Positions 58,881-64,000 of a stretch of DNA of 64,000 nucleotides are shown piece after piece. The notes below the pieces were generated by a model. The model had not been told where the DNA came from. It saw nothing but the letters and a program-made list of their open reading frames with translations, and made no database searches. A program made the position numbers and the translations under genes. The stretch covers positions 1,408,001 through 1,472,000 of the forward strand of contig JAKFCY010000002.1 of assembly GCA_036676395.1 (NCBI GenBank), in the 5' to 3' direction. The stretch's first letter is position 1. Every line of letters starts with the position of its first letter. This stretch comes from Bdellovibrio sp. (GTDB taxonomy: Bacteria > Bdellovibrionota > Bdellovibrionia > Bdellovibrionales > Bdellovibrionaceae).

Positions 58881-60043
58881 TAGGCTTTATCCATTTCAAT
58901 TTTTGCAATTGTTTGTAATTGCATATTTGAAGTGCCTTCATAAATCTGACCGATTTTAGCATCGCGCCAGAATTTTTCTACAGGGTATTCTTTAGTAAAT
59001 CCGTTACCACCGAATAAATCGATCGCCATAGAAGTTACTTTTTCAGCCACTTTTGAAGAATAATATTTAGCCATTGCTGCTGATTCGATAAAATCTTGGC
59101 CAGCATCTTTTAAGCGTGCCGCATTGTAAACCATCAAGCGTGAAGCTTCTAATTCAATACGCATTTGCGCTAATTGAAATTGCACACCTTGAAATTGACC
59201 AATAGCTTTGCCGAATTGTTCACGGCCTTTGATGTAATTTAAAGTGGCGTCATAGGCGCCTTGAGCGATACCCACCATTTGTGCGCCGATACCGATACGG
59301 CCTTCATTTAAAGTTTCGATGGCAATTTTATAACCTTTGCCAACTTCGCCTAAAACGTTTTCTTCGGGCACTTCGCAGTTTTCAAAAACTAATTCGCAAG
59401 TAGAAGAGGCGCGGATTCCAAGCTTGTCTTCTTTTTTACCAACTGTAAAACCTTTAAAGCCTTTTTCAACGATGAAAGCTGTGATGCCTTTGTAACCTTT
59501 TGCTGGGTCCATGTTAGCAAAAACGATAAAAAACGAAGCTTCTTTGCCATTCGTGATCCAAAGTTTGTGGCCGTTTAAAATCCATTTACCATCTTTTTTC
59601 TCGGCGCGACATTTTAAGGCGAAGGCATCAGAACCAGATGATGATTCTGATAAGCAATAAGCGCCAACCCATTCACGGGCTAACTTTGGTAAATATTTTT
59701 CTTTTAATCCAGCAGTCCCGTAACGAATAACTGCGTTAGTCACTAATGTATTTTGCACGTCACATAAAACTGAAACTGAACCATCGATGCGGCCTAGTTC
59801 TTCAATCGCGATACAAGCCATAGTGATTGATGAACCTGCACCACCGTATTGTTCGGGAGATTCAATGCCCATTAAGCCCATTTCAAAAAGTTTAGAAACG
59901 ATTTCTGGTTTCATTTGAGCTTGTTCATCCATGTGAGTGACATGAGGTTTAATTTCTGTTTCAGCAAAAGATCTTACGGCTTCACGGAAAGCCACTTCAT
60001 CTTCAGACCACATAGTTAGAGCTGGGCGTGCATTTTCAATCAT
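58880..60043 (-). CDS. acyl-CoA dehydrogenase (short/branched-chain type)
   Basis: CLSE..SGSD, KLWITNG, KLGIRAS, GRIGI, REQFG, IYEGTS. Confidence 0.96.
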   Translation of the reverse strand: MIENARPALTMWSEDEVAFREAVRSFAETEIKPHVTHMDEQAQMKPEIVSKLFEMGLMGIESPEQYGGAGSSITMACIAIEELGRIDGSVSVLCDVQNTLVTNAVIRYGTAGLKEKYLPKLAREWVGAYCLSESSSGSDAFALKCRAEKKDGKWILNGHKLWITNGKEASFFIVFANMDPAKGYKGITAFIVEKGFKGFTVGKKEDKLGIRASSTCELVFENCEVPEENVLGEVGKGYKIAIETLNEGRIGIGAQMVGIAQGAYDATLNYIKGREQFGKAIGQFQGVQFQLAQMRIELEASRLMVYNAARLKDAGQDFIESAAMAKYYSSKVAEKVTSMAIDLFGGNGFTKEYPVEKFWRDAKIGQIYEGTSNMQLQTIAKIEMDKA

Positions 60044-60166
60044 TGATGTCTCCTTACGATTAACTTTTGTTTTTCGCTCACTAAATTAATGTCTATGTGG
60101 CACAGATGCAAGTAACACTTTGTGTCAGATGGTGTTTTTTAATCAGGTACAGCAGACGATAGATTT

Positions 60167-60823
60167 ATGGATTCCAACCTTGTTCAAAAACTAGTTATTT
60201 TTTTTGGTCCTTTATTATTTGCTCTTTGTTTTCATGAGTACGCGCATGGCCTCGTGGCCAAGTGGCGCGGAGACAATACCGCTGAGCGCATGGGGCGTTT
60301 AACCTTAAACCCACTAGCTCATGCTGATATGATGGGAACTGTTATTTTTCCGATCATGTCGATTGTTTTGGGAAGTCCGTTTATTTTCGGCTGGGCAAAG
60401 CCAGTTCCCGTCGAAGCCAGAAATCTAAAAAATGTTCGTACAGATATGTTCTGGATCGCTCTTGCAGGGCCACTTTCAAATATACTGCTCGCTTTGGTGA
60501 CCACTATTCTTTGGGCGTTGTTTGTGAAGTTTCAGCTTTTAGCGGCATACTCTGAAGGCATTAATACATTTGCGCAAACTTTCATCGGTATTAATATTTT
60601 GTTAGCTGTATTTAATATGGTTCCGCTTCATCCGCTTGATGGCGGCAAGGTTTTAGCTCGTTTTTTACCAGCTTCTATCAATTACAAATTAGAACAGCAT
60701 GAACAAATTTCTGGAATCGTTCTTATGGCGTTGTTGTTTTTAGGATTTCTTATGCCGATATTGGTTATTCCAATGCAATTCATATATCGCGTGATGGTTT
60801 CTTCTATTATGGGGCTTTTATAA
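60167..60823 (+). CDS. site-2 protease (M50 family)
   Basis: HEYAH, AGP, FNMVPLHPLDGG. Confidence 0.95.
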   Translation: MDSNLVQKLVIFFGPLLFALCFHEYAHGLVAKWRGDNTAERMGRLTLNPLAHADMMGTVIFPIMSIVLGSPFIFGWAKPVPVEARNLKNVRTDMFWIALAGPLSNILLALVTTILWALFVKFQLLAAYSEGINTFAQTFIGINILLAVFNMVPLHPLDGGKVLARFLPASINYKLEQHEQISGIVLMALLFLGFLMPILVIPMQFIYRVMVSSIMGLL

Positions 60824-60976
60824 GCATCAGTAAAAGACACTATTCTTTCAGCAAACCTTAAGAAAGTTGTTGAATAACCCAAAAACGCTTGCTTCAATTA
60901 TCAGTGCTGGATGCGTAAGTAGTTCGTAGGATGCGAACGACAAGGTTTTAAAACTTAATATAAGGTTATAAACAGC

Positions 60977-62314
60977 ATGAGTATACGCGTTCAGCTTCAA
61001 CAGTTTGAAGGACCACTAGATTTATTATTATATCTTATTCGCAAAGACGAAATGGATATTTTCAATATCAACGTCACTGAAATCACCAAACAATATTTAG
61101 AATTCATCAAAATGATGAAAGAATTCGATATCGAAGTTGCCGGTGATTTTATTGCCATGGCTTCAACGTTAATTCAAATCAAATCGCGTATGTTATTGCC
61201 TCAATACGATGAAAATGGCGAAATCGTTGAAACTGAAGACCCTCGTAAAGAATTAGTTCAAAAATTATTAGAGTACGAAAAATTCAAAGAAGCAGCTAAA
61301 GCGCTTTATGAGCGTCCATTATTAAATCGCGATCAGTGGGCACGTGGCTTACGCGAAAAAATGGATGTAGCTGATGATGAAATCGAGTTAGAAGATAATG
61401 CGTTATTTTCTTTAATCGGCTCTTACCGCAAAATGATCAAGGCTTCATTAAAGCGCATTCATAAAGTGACAGTTAAGCTTCAATCTATAGGTCACCGCAT
61501 TTTAGAAATGAAAGACTTATTGGTGGTTGGCAAACAAATCACTATGCAAGAACTTTATAATCATTCAATTACCGAAGTAAAAGAGCGCTCACGTAATGTG
61601 TTAATCACGTTCTTATCTTTATTAGAGCTTGGTAAAATGGGTTACGTTTCTTTATATCAAACTGAAAATTACGGTGATGTTTACGTAAATCCAAATAAGC
61701 CAGTTGAAGGCGACGTCTTATCGCGAGTTGAAGAGTACGGCAATATCAACGCTGATCAGGTGGCTGAAAACCTATTTCATAAATCAAATATATTAACTGA
61801 AGAAGAAATCGAAAATATCGACGCAGAACCAGTTAATTTTGAACTTCAAGATGGCGGCGTTAACGCGCAAACTGAGCAATTATCTTTTGAGCAAACTTTT
61901 GCGGCAAATTTAATTGATGGCGACAATCTTTCATTGTCAGAAGACATTGCCTCTGATGATGAGATTTTAGCTGCTGAAATGGAAATCGATTCAGTAGACA
62001 TTAAGTTAGACCTAGGTGTGATCAAAGATTTCAATGAAGACATCACTGAAGCTCCAGAAACCGTTGAAACAGTTCTAGAGCCAACGACACCTGACTTAGA
62101 AGCTAAAGAAGAATTAACTCCTGAAGAGTCTGTCGCGGCAGTTGAAGAAATTATCGAAGTTCAAGAAGTAGCTCCGCAAGAGTTAGTTCTTGAAGAATAT
62201 CCAATTCACCATGTAGTTGATCAATCAGTAGAAGATGCAATCGAAGCCGCAGTTAAAGCGGCAAATGCATTTAATGACGGCGAAAGTAATGCTGAACCAG
62301 AGGGGCAAGTTTAA
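60977..62314 (+). CDS. scpA: segregation/condensation protein A with long acidic C-tail
   Basis: FEGPLDLLLYLI, KSRMLLP, TFLSLLEL. Confidence 0.95.
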   Translation: MSIRVQLQQFEGPLDLLLYLIRKDEMDIFNINVTEITKQYLEFIKMMKEFDIEVAGDFIAMASTLIQIKSRMLLPQYDENGEIVETEDPRKELVQKLLEYEKFKEAAKALYERPLLNRDQWARGLREKMDVADDEIELEDNALFSLIGSYRKMIKASLKRIHKVTVKLQSIGHRILEMKDLLVVGKQITMQELYNHSITEVKERSRNVLITFLSLLELGKMGYVSLYQTENYGDVYVNPNKPVEGDVLSRVEEYGNINADQVAENLFHKSNILTEEEIENIDAEPVNFELQDGGVNAQTEQLSFEQTFAANLIDGDNLSLSEDIASDDEILAAEMEIDSVDIKLDLGVIKDFNEDITEAPETVETVLEPTTPDLEAKEELTPEESVAAVEEIIEVQEVAPQELVLEEYPIHHVVDQSVEDAIEAAVKAANAFNDGESNAEPEGQV

Positions 62315-62316
62315 AT

Positions 62317-63663
62317 ATGGCAAAAAAATCAAAAAAATCTACAAAAGCTAAAGAAGTACAATCAGAAGAGCTATTAATCTCTGAAGATCTAGCAGCTGAA
62401 ATTGATGCTGAACTTGGCGGGGATCTTGAGGTTTCTGCTGATTTATTTCAATCTGAAGAAGCTGAAAGTATCGGTTTTTTACCAGATGTTTCAGACGATG
62501 ACGAAGTTGAAGAATTATTAGCTGTGAATGCTGATGTTGATCTTGAAGGTTCTGAGCTTGATGGTTTTGAATCTGCTCAAATTGACGAAGTCGAGTTCGT
62601 TGAAGACGAACATGCTGAAAGCATCGTTGAAAGTATTTTATTTGCCTCAGACCGTCCAGTAAGTCTTGCTTCAATCAAAGAAGTTTTTAAGGGCACTAAC
62701 GTGCGTAAAGATAAAATCAAACGCATCTTAGACAATTTAGCTGTTGAGTACGCTAGTGGTCGTCGTGGTGTAACTTTAGAAGAAATCACTGGTGGTTACC
62801 AATTACGTACTAAAATCGATAATATGAACTTTATTAAACGCACAGTGAAAACTCGTGCCTTTAAATTATCGGGTCCGGCTTTAGAAACATTATCGATAGT
62901 CGCGTACAAACAGCCTGTTGTTAAAAATGAAATCGACCAGATCCGTGGCGTTGAATCAGGTCACTTATTGCGCGCTTTAATGGAAAAAGGTTTATGTAAT
63001 TTCGAAGGAAAAGCAGAAAACTTACCCGGCCGCCCTATGCAGTACGGAACAACTCGTCGTTTTCTAGAAATTTTTGGTCTTCGTAACTTAAAAGAATTGC
63101 CAACTTTATCACAAATCGATGAATTATTGCCTGAAGGCATTGGTGATGAAGAAGAACAAAAGCCAACTCTTTCTAGCGTTACAGATGCTATGTCTGCCGA
63201 AGTTAAAGAAGTCAGCTATTCACAAGGTGAAGAAGAATTAGGTGCTATTGAAGATGAACTTCAAACAATCACAACATCTTCAGATTTCTTTGAACAAGAA
63301 AAAGTTCGTCAAAAACAAAAACGCGATGCTGAAAAAGCGCAAGACATTCGCGATGCGATGACAATGGGCGAGACTGTTCCTCGTCGTGATCAAAACTGGT
63401 TAAAAAAATACGACGAAAGTTTAGTTATGGCAGAAGCTGGCGTAACCGTGCCTGTAAACTTTGTTGAAGATGCGCAAGGCTCTGAAGACTTGCAAGCTTC
63501 TGAGAATAAAATCACGCAAATCGAAGCTGGTGATGAAGCCGACGAAGATTCTGATGAATTACATTTTTTTGAAGATGCTGAAGGCAATAAAAACCATGAA
63601 AATGGCAGTGAAATTTACGCTGACGAAGATGATGAATCTCCAGTAGATGGAGAGCTTTCATAA
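62317..63663 (+). CDS. scpB: segregation/condensation protein B with acidic N- and C-extensions
   Basis: ESILFAS, LETLSIVAYKQP, IRGV, GRPMQYGTT..FL..FGL..L.ELP. Confidence 0.95.
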   Translation: MAKKSKKSTKAKEVQSEELLISEDLAAEIDAELGGDLEVSADLFQSEEAESIGFLPDVSDDDEVEELLAVNADVDLEGSELDGFESAQIDEVEFVEDEHAESIVESILFASDRPVSLASIKEVFKGTNVRKDKIKRILDNLAVEYASGRRGVTLEEITGGYQLRTKIDNMNFIKRTVKTRAFKLSGPALETLSIVAYKQPVVKNEIDQIRGVESGHLLRALMEKGLCNFEGKAENLPGRPMQYGTTRRFLEIFGLRNLKELPTLSQIDELLPEGIGDEEEQKPTLSSVTDAMSAEVKEVSYSQGEEELGAIEDELQTITTSSDFFEQEKVRQKQKRDAEKAQDIRDAMTMGETVPRRDQNWLKKYDESLVMAEAGVTVPVNFVEDAQGSEDLQASENKITQIEAGDEADEDSDELHFFEDAEGNKNHENGSEIYADEDDESPVDGELS

Positions 63664-64000
63664 GTCGTATAATCCTGACTTCGATTTTTGTTTATTTTGT
63701 TTCCATGATGATTGTCATGGGTAACGGTTCATCATTTCTGGGGCGTTATTTAGGTCAGTATTATTTTGCGGTGGCAAATACTGTAGGCGTAAATACGACT
63801 TGGAATTTCTTTAGTCCAGACCCAGCTCATATTATGTATATCCATTACATCATTCATTTTGAAGATGAATATGGCAACCCTACACAAGAATCTAAAGAGT
63901 ACTTTTATCCTGAACAAAAAGATGGCTCAGACTTTTCAATTAATGTGCGCCGACATAATTACATGATGCGCTTTGTGGCCATCGATCCAAGTCGGGTAGC
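63660..64000 (+). CDS. membrane-anchored hypothetical protein, 3'-truncated by window edge (WxFFxPxP motif as in DUF5819/SdpA-like proteins)
   Basis: Open frame SRIILTSIFVYFVSMMIVMG...TTWNFFSPDPAH... runs to the window end; start is either ATA 63660 or ATG 63705. Confidence 0.65.
   Translation, partial: MSRIILTSIFVYFVSMMIVMGNGSSFLGRYLGQYYFAVANTVGVNTTWNFFSPDPAHIMYIHYIIHFEDEYGNPTQESKEYFYPEQKDGSDFSINVRRHNYMMRFVAIDPSRV

Noticed and set aside
1646..63646. Short ORF-track entries nested in or antisense to long genes (e.g. 1646-1858, 24305-24658, 35934-36383, 62348-62674, 63461-63646)
   Set aside because: Shadow ORFs fully overlapping well-supported genes, with no motifs or RBS
1..64000. CRISPR array, rRNA, tRNA, integrase/transposase, prophage
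   Set aside because: No spaced direct repeats, cloverleaf or rRNA-like tracts, or mobile-element proteins seen; all intergenic gaps are under about 250 bp

Overview
Chromosomal, mostly housekeeping window from an AT-rich Gram-negative bacterium, most likely Bdellovibrionota. The assignment is inferred from gene content and order (RNase Y, cdaA-cdaR-glmM-pdxJ, scpAB, rnc-era-der, outer-membrane barrels, many small secreted orphans). It contains a purine operon (purF'-purC-purD-purN-purSL-purQ-purH-purM, with purB about 31 kb away), a tilS-ftsH-cdaA-cdaR-glmM-pdxJ-tsaE block, an iscS-mnmA-mtaB-rnc-era-der block, a peptidoglycan-recycling cluster, mutS, a Tsx/solute-binding-protein/two-component block and scpAB. 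The most unusual element is a four-gene minus-strand operon (9402-13753): DUF4956 membrane protein, HlyD-type adaptor fused to a beta-propeller, a TolC-like secreted protein, and a VTC-type polyphosphate polymerase. It has no ABC/RND pump, which suggests a trans-envelope polyphosphate synthesis/export machine. I saw no rRNA, tRNA, CRISPR array, integrase or transposase. All family calls come from motif recognition by eye, not database searches.
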